Positions 9,381 through 18,370 of a stretch of 64,000 nucleotides of DNA are shown here, one piece after another. Position numbers and translations under genes: made by a program. Numbering within the stretch: the first letter of the stretch is position 1; each line of letters starts with the position of its first letter. The stretch spans positions 982 through 64,981 of the forward strand of contig CALEHW010000054.1 of NCBI GenBank assembly GCA_937877715.1. The letters run 5' to 3'. Under the pieces are notes generated by a model, which made no database searches, was not told the origin of the DNA, and saw nothing but the letters and a program-made list of their open reading frames with translations. Origin of the DNA: an uncultured Methylophaga sp. (GTDB taxonomy: Bacteria > Pseudomonadota > Gammaproteobacteria > GCF-002020875).

Positions 9381-9422
9381 CTGATAAGCGCGGCCGCTTC
9401 GCGCCCACGCTTATCGGTGAGC
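9381..9422. repeat. 42-bp REP-like hairpin repeat, copy 1
   Basis: CTGATAAGCGCGGCCGCTTCGCGCCCACGCTTATCGGTGAGC, identical to 44511-44552. Confidence 0.95.
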
Positions 9423-9562
9423 TGAGCAGCAAGCTGCTCCATCATCTTGAAAGGCTCCGCTCCGCTGCGCCTATCAAGACGCTGGAGCAGAAATCTCCCT
9501 AATACCGGTTACGAGCAAGCTCGAACCGGATTAGAAAGATTCTGCTCAGCTCACCGTTAGTT
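9415..9562 (+). repeat. Multi-branched inverted-repeat element ending in an attC-like GTTAGTT core
   Basis: Perfect 15-bp arms 9415-9429/9542-9556 enclosing two long imperfect hairpins (9434-9490, 9492-9541). Confidence 0.8.
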
Positions 9563-9581
9563 GTAAAAAAAGAGATCGCAC

Positions 9582-10211
9582 ATGGATACAAATGAGATAG
9601 TTTACGTTCTAGCCAATTCTGCAATGCCAGATATAGTCAAAATTGGAAAAACGACACAAGCTGATGTAAAAACAAGAATGAATCAGCTATACACAACAGG
9701 TGTCCCGGTTCCATTTGAGTGCGTATTTGCAATTGAGGTCACAGACTGTTCAAAAGTAGAGTCTGCGTTACATATAGTATTTGGGCCAAACAGAATTAAC
9801 CCTAACCGAGAGTTTTTCAAAATAGACTCTGAACAGGCAATTGCCATTTTAAAATTACTTGGTCAAAAAGATGTTACCCCACAGGTAAGTGCAGAACTAA
9901 ATAGCAATGTATCCCAAGCAGAAAAAGATTCAGGTAAAAAACTAAAGAAAAGACCCAACATGGACTTTCTGGAAATGAACATTCCAGAAGGTTCCGAATT
10001 ATTATTTGAAGATGGTGCAACCACTGTAAAAGTGAAAGACAATAAAAAAGTTATCTACAATGAAGAGATAATGACGTTAACTGCAGCAACAAGAAAAGTA
10101 ATGGCTATTGATTACTCTGTACAACCCTCACCGCACTGGACGTTTAATGGAAAGCTCTTAAAAGATATATACAATGAAACCTATAGTAAAATAAAGGGGG
10201 TCAGTAAATAG
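9582..10211 (+). CDS. GIY-YIG superfamily (T5orf172-like) putative nuclease, low GC
   Basis: VYVLAN..VKIGKT..RMNQL..GVPVPF..ESALH..RINPNREFF pattern; sampled GC ~37%. Confidence 0.8.
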   Translation: MDTNEIVYVLANSAMPDIVKIGKTTQADVKTRMNQLYTTGVPVPFECVFAIEVTDCSKVESALHIVFGPNRINPNREFFKIDSEQAIAILKLLGQKDVTPQVSAELNSNVSQAEKDSGKKLKKRPNMDFLEMNIPEGSELLFEDGATTVKVKDNKKVIYNEEIMTLTAATRKVMAIDYSVQPSPHWTFNGKLLKDIYNETYSKIKGVSK

Positions 10212-10228
10212 TAAATAAAGGGGGTCAG
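10189..10228 (+). repeat. Tandem 16-bp direct repeat containing GGGGTCAG
   Basis: AAATAAAGGGGGTCAG at 10189-10204 and 10213-10228. Confidence 0.85.
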
Positions 10229-10334
10229 GTCTTTATTTTTGCACTAGACTGACCAATCATTTACTGACAGCTCTGGGCCGAACTCGGCGGTTGCCACTTG
10301 CAGTTTGATCGGCAGCAATGGGTGTGGGGGATGT

Positions 10335-10366
10335 AAGAAGAAAAAAGCCCCGCTTGTGCGGGCCTT
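10335..10366 (-). terminator. Rho-independent terminator of rpiA
   Basis: Minus strand GGCCCGC-ACAA-GCGGGGC-TTTTTT. Confidence 0.75.
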
Positions 10367-10400
10367 GATCATTAACTGCTGGTTGGGTTTTTACATGCTG

Positions 10401-11063
10401 TTACGGCTCAATAGCCCTGACCCCATTTGGTGTTCCCAGCAGCAGTACATCTGCAGGACGCATTGCAAAGAGTCCGTTGGTGACTACCCCAACAATATTG
10501 TTGAGCTTCTGTTCGATTACCGTGGGCTCCATAATCTTGAGGTTGCGGACATCGAGGATGATGTTGCCGTTGTCGGTGGTGAAACCATCTCGCAGTATCG
10601 GCTGTCCCCCAATCTGCTTGATTATCTCACGGGCAACATAGCTCTGTGCCATCGGGATCACCTCAACCGGTAGCGGGAAATCACCCATCACATCGACCAG
10701 TTTGCTCTCGTCTGCGATACAGACAAACTTGTCTGCAACTGCAGCTACGATCTTTTCACGGGTTAGTGCGCCGCCACCGCCTTTGATCAGGTGCAACTGA
10801 CTGTTGGACTCATCGGCACCATCCACATAGATGGACATGTTGCTGACAGAGTTTAGATTCAGCACCTCAATGCCGTGTCCGCGCAGTCGCTCGGCAGTCG
10901 CCTCCGAGCTGGCTACCGCCCCCTTGACTTGGTTTTTGATAGTGGCCAATGCATCAATGAAGAAGTTGGCAGTGGAGCCGGTTCCAACACCAATAATCTC
11001 TCCGGGCACCACATGCTCCAGTGCGGCCTCGGCAACGGCTTTTTTCATCTCATCCTGAGTCAT
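10401..11063 (-). CDS. rpiA: Ribose-5-phosphate isomerase A
   Basis: [27 protein letters not shown]; start MTQDEMKK at 11063 with GGAG upstream. Confidence 0.96.
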   Translation of the reverse strand: MTQDEMKKAVAEAALEHVVPGEIIGVGTGSTANFFIDALATIKNQVKGAVASSEATAERLRGHGIEVLNLNSVSNMSIYVDGADESNSQLHLIKGGGGALTREKIVAAVADKFVCIADESKLVDVMGDFPLPVEVIPMAQSYVAREIIKQIGGQPILRDGFTTDNGNIILDVRNLKIMEPTVIEQKLNNIVGVVTNGLFAMRPADVLLLGTPNGVRAIEP

Positions 11064-11136
11064 CTTCTCTTTCTCCATATTCGGTTTTATGTAATGTCTC
11101 TTTGCGGTCTGGTTTTGTATAAGTATACTGTGAGCC

Positions 11137-12648
11137 ATGCCAAAAAAATATATTGAAAGAATACTTAAGGCGCGAGTCTACGATGTTGCGCGGGAGACTC
11201 CACTGGAGGAGGCTCAAGGCCTCTCTGAGCGCCTGGGCAACAACGTGTTGATCAAGAGGGAGGATCTGCAGCCTGTCTTCTCATTTAAGCTGCGTGGCGC
11301 CTACAATAAGATGGCTAGCCTCAGTCAGGAGGAGTTAAGTCGTGGGGTGATCGCGGCCTCTGCTGGAAACCATGCTCAGGGGGTGGCCCTCTCTGCCAGG
11401 CAAATGGGAGTCAAGGCGACAATCGTAATGCCCAAGACCACACCGGAGATCAAGGTGCAGGCGGTACGTAAGTATGGGGCCAAGGCGGTGCTGTTTGGTG
11501 ACACCTATGATGATGCCTACCAGAAGGCACTGGAGCTCTCTGAGGAGAGGGGCCTGACACTGGTCCACCCCTATGATGATCCTGAGGTTATTGCTGGGCA
11601 GGGGACCATTGCGATGGAGATCCTGCGCCAACATGAGGGCAGGATTGATGCGGTCTTCATCCCCGTTGGTGGCGGTGGGCTGATTGCGGGGATGGCAGTT
11701 TATCTGAAATATCTCTACCCGGAGATTCGTGTGGTGGGCGTCGAGCCGGAGGATGCGCCGACACTGCATGATGCACTAAAGAGGGGGCGAAGAGTGGTGT
11801 TGGACCAGGTTGGCATTTTTGCCGATGGGGTGGCAGTAAAGCAGATTGGCAAGGAGACCTTCAGGCTGGCGCGTAAGTTGGTAGATGAGGTTATTCTGGT
11901 CAGCTCTGATGAGATCTGTGCTGCAATCAAGGATATCTTCGATGATACCCGCTCCATTACCGAGCCTGCTGGGGCCCTAGCTGTTGCGGGAATGAAAAAA
12001 TATGTTGAGCGTGGGGGGGTGGAGCAGCAGACTCTCATTGCTGTAGATAGTGGCGCCAATATCAACTTTGATCGCCTGCGTCATGTGGCTGAGCGGGCAG
12101 AGCTGGGTGAGCGCAAGGAGGCGGTGCTTGCGGTGACTATTCCGGAGCGGCCAGGGAGCTTCAAGAAGTTCTGCAAGCTGTTGGGCAAGCGACAGATTAC
12201 CGAGTTCAATTATCGCTATGCAGACCAGGCAAGTGCTCATATCTTTGTTGGTATTCAGCTGGGTGGTGGAGAGAGTGGGGATGATCTGGTCAAGCGCTTG
12301 CGGAGTAGAGGGTATCCGGTTGAGGATCTGTCAGATAATGAGGTAGCCAAGGTCCATGTGCGTTATATGGTGGGTGGACGCCGGTCAGGAATAGAGAACG
12401 AGATCCTCTACCGCTTTGAGTTTCCGGAGCGCCCCGGGGCACTGTTGCAGTTTTTAACTAACTTGGGACGTAACTGGAATATCAGTCTGTTCCACTACAG
12501 AAACCACGGTGCAGCCTATGGGCGGGTGCTCTGCGGCATTCAGGTGCCGGTCAGTGAGCGTGGAGATTTCCAGAACTTTCTTGACGAGCTGGGTTACCAC
12601 TACTCTGAGGAGACCGAGAACCCGGTCTATAAGCTCTTTTTGAGCTAA
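11137..12648 (+). CDS. ilvA: Threonine ammonia-lyase, biosynthetic
   Basis: [28 protein letters not shown], two C-terminal regulatory repeats (PERPG). Confidence 0.97.
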   Translation: MPKKYIERILKARVYDVARETPLEEAQGLSERLGNNVLIKREDLQPVFSFKLRGAYNKMASLSQEELSRGVIAASAGNHAQGVALSARQMGVKATIVMPKTTPEIKVQAVRKYGAKAVLFGDTYDDAYQKALELSEERGLTLVHPYDDPEVIAGQGTIAMEILRQHEGRIDAVFIPVGGGGLIAGMAVYLKYLYPEIRVVGVEPEDAPTLHDALKRGRRVVLDQVGIFADGVAVKQIGKETFRLARKLVDEVILVSSDEICAAIKDIFDDTRSITEPAGALAVAGMKKYVERGGVEQQTLIAVDSGANINFDRLRHVAERAELGERKEAVLAVTIPERPGSFKKFCKLLGKRQITEFNYRYADQASAHIFVGIQLGGGESGDDLVKRLRSRGYPVEDLSDNEVAKVHVRYMVGGRRSGIENEILYRFEFPERPGALLQFLTNLGRNWNISLFHYRNHGAAYGRVLCGIQVPVSERGDFQNFLDELGYHYSEETENPVYKLFLS

Positions 12649-12671
12649 GAATTAGGGCAGCTGTTTTAAGA

Positions 12672-12956
12672 TTACCTGTCTCTGCGTAACAGAAACAGGA
12701 ACAGCAGTAGTGCAATCAGTCCGACAAGACCCTGATTTCCACCGGTAGAGACGGCCGCTACCCCGTTGGCTGCAGGCTCACTGCCACCGGTTGCCAGTTG
12801 AACAACATCAATAAGATTCCCGATAATTCCGGTTGTGCCGGGAAAAAGAATATCGATAATAATAAATGTAATTATGAGTATAACCCCAAAGTCAGCTAGT
12901 ATTTTTAGCCATGAGGTTGCGCGACCGATAATCTCTTTTATTGATGTTGAGTACAT
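12672..12956 (-). CDS. Small hydrophobic membrane protein of unknown function (paralog B, 94 aa)
   Basis: Hydrophobic helices; shares motifs with the adjacent 73-aa ORF. Confidence 0.7.
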   Translation of the reverse strand: MYSTSIKEIIGRATSWLKILADFGVILIITFIIIDILFPGTTGIIGNLIDVVQLATGGSEPAANGVAAVSTGGNQGLVGLIALLLFLFLLRRDR

Positions 12957-12998
12957 TATTTAATTAATTCCGTTTTTTTAAGAGGGAAGAAAACCTGT

Positions 12999-13076
12999 CC
13001 CCCTTAATAGGGGGTTATATTCCCCATCCACTAATATCAGATGGAGAGATTATTAACACCCCCTCCTAGGAGGGGG
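12999..13076 (-). promoter_or_regulatory. Cluster of three intergenic hairpins (stability/partial-termination element)
   Basis: CCCCCT-TAAT-AGGGGG (12999-13014), CCATC..GATGG, and a perfect 18-bp palindrome CCCCCTCCTAGGAGGGGG (13059-13076). Confidence 0.6.
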
Positions 13077-13094
13077 ATGTCTACTTAAAGATGG

Positions 13095-13316
13095 TTATCT
13101 ATTAAGTAATGCTGCCAGAACAATAAGGGTGATCAATCCACTGACGCCATTGAATTGAGCAACAACATTGCCGATACCGCCCACTATTCCGGGCATTCCA
13201 AGTGCTCCTGCACCAAATACGACCTCAATCATCAGGCCAAGTCCGATCAATGACATTAATATCCCAGTCAGTCCGCGTACAACACCACCTATGGTAGAAA
13301 ATGCACTATCAAACAT
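13095..13316 (-). CDS. Small Gly-rich membrane protein of unknown function (paralog A, 73 aa)
   Basis: GAGAGG SD before ATG; upstream TTGACA (13396-13401, minus); almost wholly hydrophobic. Confidence 0.75.
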   Translation of the reverse strand: MFDSAFSTIGGVVRGLTGILMSLIGLGLMIEVVFGAGALGMPGIVGGIGNVVAQFNGVSGLITLIVLAALLNR

Positions 13317-13538
13317 ATAATAACCTCTCTCGGTAGTTAATAAAATTAAGCCTGTATTTACAGACTTGCGGCAACTCTATACTACCCTGCTATTATGTCA
13401 ATGATATTATAATTAATATTGTCTATCTCTAATCAATTAAATTTAAATAAGCTAGAGCTTATATGTTTGGTATTAGTTAAATAAGGTAATATTTATATGT
13501 TTATACGCCATATAAAATATAGGTATTCGGGGCATGAG

Positions 13539-14126
13539 TTATTTAAAAATAGTAACACCATTTTCAGTTACTACCCCATCCAGTGGAATATCCCAAGACT
13601 CTCTATTTAGTTGTTTGACCTCCTGAAAGGCGTGAGCTACTCCCAGTAGGAATGGACGCCTGCGATTATTTGAGTGTTTCGGGTGTGAGAAGGTGCGATC
13701 ATAGTACCCACCACCCATGCCGACACGTGATCCTCGGCTGTCAAATGCAACAAGCGGGGTCAGCACCAGATCCAGGGTCCAGACAGGGACGGGTTTCGGC
13801 GGAAACAGTCCCGGTTCCGGAATACCGTATTGGTTGATCATCAGCATACTATCCTCGTACAGAGGCGCAAACCAGAGCCTGTTGCCATGGAGTCTGTTGA
13901 GTACGGGTAGAAAACATTTACGCCCATCATGGATGGCACGGTCAATAATCAGTTCAGGATCCTGTTCACCATCACTGGCAATAAAACCGGCAATTCTACG
14001 GCTACGCTGAAATAGTGGATGGATAACAATATGACCAAAAATCTGTTCAGCATGTAACTGACGTATAGATTCTGGCAGAGCGTGCCTCTTCGCTCGTATC
14101 CTGCTGCGAAGATGAGAGCTTATCAT
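13539..14126 (-). CDS. fau: 5-formyltetrahydrofolate cyclo-ligase
   Basis: NQYGIPEP, PLVAFD..RVGMGGGYYDR, WDIPLD; downstream of 6S RNA as in ssrS-ygfA. Confidence 0.93.
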   Translation of the reverse strand: MISSHLRSRIRAKRHALPESIRQLHAEQIFGHIVIHPLFQRSRRIAGFIASDGEQDPELIIDRAIHDGRKCFLPVLNRLHGNRLWFAPLYEDSMLMINQYGIPEPGLFPPKPVPVWTLDLVLTPLVAFDSRGSRVGMGGGYYDRTFSHPKHSNNRRRPFLLGVAHAFQEVKQLNRESWDIPLDGVVTENGVTIFK

Positions 14127-14145
14127 GAGGTGGAGATAAGAGGAG

Positions 14146-14335
14146 TGGTGCCTACCATATGTACCGGCCGGATCTGCGTCCCTGAACCAGAAAGTTCAAG
14201 GTGGGGGGCCTGAACTGAAGGGTTAGGCTTTCCGATAAACGGACCTGCACACGCCTCCAATGAGTTCGGCTCCCAGGGTCGTGAGTTAAGGATCAAGGAT
14301 CGAGTCCCGGTGATCAAATACCACAGTAGGCACCA
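14146..14335 (-). ncRNA. ssrS: 6S RNA
   Basis: Between zapA and fau; closing helix TGGTGCCTAC/GTAGGCACCA; CCCTGGGAGCCGA and CCACCTTGAAC..GGTTCAGGG motifs; ~190 nt. Confidence 0.9.
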
Positions 14336-14372
14336 AAGTCTATGGGTATATAAGCTACACCTGTTCGCGCAA

Positions 14373-14687
14373 TTATTCAAGCTCCAATTGACGACCATGG
14401 TGCAGAGCAGCCTCTACATTTTCTCTTAGTCGTGTCAGCTCATCAGCAATAGATCCATCACCCTGCTGCTGATTGGTGCGGCAGTGGACCAACTCGTTTG
14501 CAATATTGAGCGCAGCCATGATGGCGATACGGTCCTGACCAACACTTTTGCCCTGTTGTCGAATCTCCCGCATCTTCTCGTCCACAAGAGAGGCGGATTC
14601 GATAAGTGACGCCTGTTCATCGGCAGGACAGGAGACCTTGTACTCCTTCTGCAGGATGGTAATGGTGACTGGACTGTTCTGGCTCAC
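14373..14687 (-). CDS. zapA: Cell division protein ZapA
   Basis: VTITIL..EY.VSCP..E..L, DRIAIMAALNIA.EL; synteny with 6S RNA. Confidence 0.92.
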   Translation of the reverse strand: MSQNSPVTITILQKEYKVSCPADEQASLIESASLVDEKMREIRQQGKSVGQDRIAIMAALNIANELVHCRTNQQQGDGSIADELTRLRENVEAALHHGRQLELE

Positions 14688-14932
14688 GACTGTTTCTCCA
14701 GGATGCGGACTGACGAGAGTACAGACTGTACCTTCTTGATAGCAAGTTTGTTCTTCTTCCTGAACTGATCACGTTCACCGATTACATCCTGTACCTTCCC
14801 TCGAAGTTCCCTGTTCTCACTACGGAGGGTATCGCAGAGGCCAATCAGCTCATCGATGCGCTGCTCCAGCTTGTTAATGGCAGGCCCCAACTGGGTGCTG
14901 GCTGACTGTTTTTTAGGAGTTTTTCTGCTCAT
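14684..14932 (-). CDS. ZapB-like coiled-coil protein (TIGR02449-like)
   Basis: LEQRIDELI..C..LRSEN..LR coiled coil, directly upstream of zapA. Confidence 0.78.
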   Translation of the reverse strand: MSRKTPKKQSASTQLGPAINKLEQRIDELIGLCDTLRSENRELRGKVQDVIGERDQFRKKNKLAIKKVQSVLSSVRILEKQS

Positions 14933-15025
14933 GTTGTGGTGACTATAGAGCGATCGCCAATTTTCTTCAACCAGGATTGTCTCATCGATAGTTGCGCAGT
15001 TCTCTGGATCTGAGAGAATGGGCAG

Positions 15026-15583
15026 ATGCAGAAGATAGAATATAGTGAAGTTAATAGTGCGTTACGTCGTCTGTCACTTACCATGGATGGTGCTGAGCTA
15101 CAGGGGGCGTTTTGTGGTCGTCTGGTCTCTGGGGCCGGGCCTGACGAGAGTGACTGGCTTCAGGAGCTGGTTGGAGAGAGAGACGAGGCAAACTTGCAAG
15201 CGCGTGAGGATGTAACCCTGCTGGCCAGGGTGTTTGGTGAGGTAGTGCGACAGTTGAATGATGCTGAGCTCAAATTCAATCTGCTACTGCCGGAAGATGA
15301 GTCGCTGCCTGTGCGTACGGAGGCCTTAGCGGCATGGTGTGAGGGGTTCCTCTATGGGTATGGAATTGCAGCAGCAGATGGTGCCACGACCAGGAGTGAG
15401 GTGGAGCGAGAGTTTCTCTATGACCTTATGGAGATTTCACGGGCCGGTTTCTCGCAGCAGGAGGTCGGTGAAGAGGATGAGATGGATTTCCTCCAGCTGG
15501 TAGAGCATCTGCGTATTGGCACCATGTTGCTCCATGAGGAGAGTCATCCGGTAGCCCCATCGCCAACGGATTTCGTTCACTAA
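15026..15583 (+). CDS. ygfB: UPF0149 (YgfB/YecA-family) protein
   Basis: AELQGAFCG, F.LLLP..ESL..R.EAL..WCEGFL.G; divergent from zapA and upstream of pepP. Confidence 0.88.
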   Translation: MQKIEYSEVNSALRRLSLTMDGAELQGAFCGRLVSGAGPDESDWLQELVGERDEANLQAREDVTLLARVFGEVVRQLNDAELKFNLLLPEDESLPVRTEALAAWCEGFLYGYGIAAADGATTRSEVEREFLYDLMEISRAGFSQQEVGEEDEMDFLQLVEHLRIGTMLLHEESHPVAPSPTDFVH

Positions 15584-15601
15584 AGGGCAGGAGCAGCAGT
15601 T

Positions 15602-16909
15602 ATGCAGCCACAGGTTTTTGCACGTCGGCGGAGAGAGTTGCTCAGGCAGATGCCACCAGATTCGGTTGCGATCCTGCCGGCAGCTCACCATCCAATTCGT
15701 AATCGTGATGTTGAGTATCCATACCATCAGGAGAGCGACTTCTACTACCTGACCGGATTTGCGGAGCCGGACGCCATTCTGGTGCTCAGAAAGAGCGGCA
15801 GAAAGGGATCATGGGGACTCTTCTGTCAGGAACGGAATCGCAAACAGGAGCAGTGGACAGGGGAGCGGTTGGGGACAAAACGGGCCATCTCCAGGATGGG
15901 TGCAGATCAGGCCTGGCCTATAGAAAGCTGGCTTGAACAACTACCGGATCTGTTGACCGGAACCCAGCAGATTTTCTTCAATCTTGGTGAGGAGAGCTCA
16001 ATAGAGCAGGGTCTGTTGAGACAGCTAAGAGAGTTCCGGCAGCGTAATCGTTCCGGGGCCGTGGTACCCCAGACCATACACCTGCTGGATCCCATGCTAC
16101 ACGAGATGCGTCTGTACAAATCACCCGCTGAGATCAGGATAATGAGGAGGGCAGCATCAGTTACGGTTGCAGCCCATCGTCGGGCCATGCGGGCCTGTAG
16201 CCCAGGGCTTGTCGAGAGTGGGCTGGAGGGTGAGATCCTCCATGAATTCTCCAGTCATGGGGTGCGGATCGTGGCCTACGACACCATTGTGGCGGGTGGC
16301 AACAACGCCTGTACGCTTCACTACATTAATAACAGTGAGAAATTGCGGGATGGTGATCTGGTGCTGGTTGATGCAGGTGCAGAGGTTGAGGGGTATGCGG
16401 CTGATGTTACCCGGACTTTTCCGGTTAATGGGAGGTTTACCACAGAGCAGCGCAAGCTCTACGAGATCGTTCTTGCTGCCCAGAGGGCTGCTATTCAACA
16501 GATACGTCCAGGACGCCGTTGGGATACGTTTCACCGGGCTGCGGTACGGGTAATCACCAGAGGACTGATTGATCTGAAGATCCTCAAGGGTGATCCGGAA
16601 CAGCTGATCAAGGATGAAAAATACAAGAAATTCTACATGCATCAGACCGGCCATTGGTTGGGTATGGATGTGCATGATGTGGGCAACTATCAACTGGATG
16701 GAAAGTGGCGGCCTCTGGAACAGGGTATGGTGTTGACGGTGGAGCCTGCTCTCTATATTCCCAAGGGAGTGAGGGGGGTGGCCAAAAAGTGGCAGGGTAT
16801 CGGAATTCGCATTGAGGATGATGTAGTGGTAACGGACAGTGGCTGTGAGGTACTTACGGCAGAGGCTCCAAGGAGCATCGAGGAGATTGAATCATTGATG
16901 GCTGGATGA
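15602..16909 (+). CDS. pepP: Xaa-Pro aminopeptidase
   Basis: DFYYLTGF.EP, LVDAGAE..GYAADVTRTFP, GHWLGMDVHD, TVEP, GIRIEDD. Confidence 0.96.
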   Translation: MQPQVFARRRRELLRQMPPDSVAILPAAHHPIRNRDVEYPYHQESDFYYLTGFAEPDAILVLRKSGRKGSWGLFCQERNRKQEQWTGERLGTKRAISRMGADQAWPIESWLEQLPDLLTGTQQIFFNLGEESSIEQGLLRQLREFRQRNRSGAVVPQTIHLLDPMLHEMRLYKSPAEIRIMRRAASVTVAAHRRAMRACSPGLVESGLEGEILHEFSSHGVRIVAYDTIVAGGNNACTLHYINNSEKLRDGDLVLVDAGAEVEGYAADVTRTFPVNGRFTTEQRKLYEIVLAAQRAAIQQIRPGRRWDTFHRAAVRVITRGLIDLKILKGDPEQLIKDEKYKKFYMHQTGHWLGMDVHDVGNYQLDGKWRPLEQGMVLTVEPALYIPKGVRGVAKKWQGIGIRIEDDVVVTDSGCEVLTAEAPRSIEEIESLMAG

Positions 16910-16988
16910 TGAATAGTATCCTGTGATTACCCAATTCTGACTGGCGATGAGCGGCAGTTACAGGTAGAATTTTCTGCTCAGTTTCAGA

Positions 16989-17166
16989 TCGTGGGAGAGA
17001 CCCTGTTTTTACAGGGCGCCGAAGGCGCAACAGCCCGGAAACGCTCAGGCAAAAGGACTACGCAATCTAAATACTGGCTCTGGAGAAGATCAACAGGATC
17101 TACCGAAGGGGAAGGTGTCCACAGAAATGTGAGTTGCCCAATCTCTCAGGTTCCCGGACAGAGGGG
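16989..17166 (+). ncRNA. Tandem glycine riboswitch
   Basis: Two aptamers GGAGA..CCGAAGG..CTCAGG (first ending AAAAGGAC, second TCTGGAGA..GGACAGA) upstream of gcvT. Confidence 0.93.
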
Positions 17167-17232
17167 TCTATCGCAGTTGTGCGCGATCATGTGTGCAGCT
17201 ATGTGAGTACAGATCAGGAGCCGGAGCAGTAT

Positions 17233-18333
17233 ATGTCACAACAACCAGAACACCTGCAAAAGACAGCACTCAACGAGGCGCACAGGCGTGCTGGTGCCAA
17301 GATGGTCGATTTTTCTGGCTGGGAGATGCCGCTGCACTACGGTTCCCAAGTAGATGAACACCACGCTGTTCGGCAGAAGGCTGGGATGTTTGATGTCTCT
17401 CATATGGTAGTCAGTTATCTTGTTGGCGTAGATTCCACCAGGTATCTCTCAGGTCTGTTGGCCAATGATGTAGCGCGTCTTGAAGATCCTGGTAAGGCCC
17501 TATACTCCTGCATGTTGAATGGACAGGGGGGGGTTATTGATGACCTGATTGTCTACTGGATGGGTGGGGATAGATATCGAATTGTTACCAACGCCGCTAC
17601 CCGCGTCAATGACATGGCGTGGATGCAGCGGCAACTCTCCGGGTTCAGTGCGGTTTTGACAGAAAAACCAGGGGTTGCCATGGTTGCTGTACAGGGGCCG
17701 AATGCAAGGGCAGCGGTTCTGGGTTGGCTGAGTGATGCCTCCAGAGAGATAGTGGAGTCCCTGGACCGTTTTTTTGCCGCAGATGTGGAGGAGGGCTTTA
17801 TTGCCCGTACCGGCTACACTGGTGAGGATGGTTTTGAGGTGATGGTGCCGCAGTATGAGGTGGAGGGGTTCTGGCAGACGATGGTGGATGCAGGGGTAGA
17901 GCCCTGTGGTCTTGGGGCGAGAGATACCCTGCGGCTGGAGGCGGGGATGATGCTCTACGGTGCCGATATGACAGAGGAGACCACTCCATTGGAATCTGGA
18001 CTATCCTGGACCGTTGCACTGGAACCGGAGCAGAGGGAGTTTGTTGGGAGTGAGGCACTGTTTAGGCAGAAGATAGATGGGGTGCCGCGTAAATTGGTAG
18101 GGTTGTTACTGGATGGCAGAGGGGTGATGCGTTCCCATCAGAAACTTTTTGTGGCTGATCGAGAGGTGGGAGAGGTGACAAGCGGCGGCTTCTCGCCAAC
18201 CCTGAAGCGAACCATTGCACTGGCCCGGATTCAGGCAGATGTAGAGGGAGATTGCGAGGTGGAGATCCGGGGAAAACGGACCCCGGTTGCCATTGGAAGG
18301 CCTCTGTTTGTACGTAACGGCAAAGCCGTGTAA
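17233..18333 (+). CDS. gcvT: Glycine cleavage aminomethyltransferase T
   Basis: GWEMPLHYG, MFDVSHM, RTGYTGEDGFE, GLGARDTLRLEAG; start moved to ATG 17233 (GGAG SD). Confidence 0.96.
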   Translation: MSQQPEHLQKTALNEAHRRAGAKMVDFSGWEMPLHYGSQVDEHHAVRQKAGMFDVSHMVVSYLVGVDSTRYLSGLLANDVARLEDPGKALYSCMLNGQGGVIDDLIVYWMGGDRYRIVTNAATRVNDMAWMQRQLSGFSAVLTEKPGVAMVAVQGPNARAAVLGWLSDASREIVESLDRFFAADVEEGFIARTGYTGEDGFEVMVPQYEVEGFWQTMVDAGVEPCGLGARDTLRLEAGMMLYGADMTEETTPLESGLSWTVALEPEQREFVGSEALFRQKIDGVPRKLVGLLLDGRGVMRSHQKLFVADREVGEVTSGGFSPTLKRTIALARIQADVEGDCEVEIRGKRTPVAIGRPLFVRNGKAV

Positions 18334-18370
18334 CTTTTTGGAAAATTGATAGAGTAAGGGGATAGATGAG

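Noticed and set aside
9214-9432. 72-aa ORF as a possible integrase remnant
   Set aside because: No tyrosine-recombinase motifs; it simply reads through the repeat
9381-9562. CRISPR array
   Set aside because: Inverted rather than regularly spaced direct repeats; no cas genes in the window
10221-10424. MITE bounded by inverted GGGGTCAGG (10221 and 10424)
   Set aside because: The right copy encodes the ordinary G-V-R end of RpiA and the interval contains the rpiA terminator; probably coincidence
14123-14398. 91-aa ORF between zapA and fau
   Set aside because: Coincides with the 6S RNA gene
17134-17232. Long N-terminal extensions in the ORF track (gcvT, also rpiA, gcvPA, dapA, ettA, ribB, ribH, xseB, parC, JAB)
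   Set aside because: Downstream ATGs match family N-termini and mostly have SD sites; the gcvT extension overlaps the riboswitch
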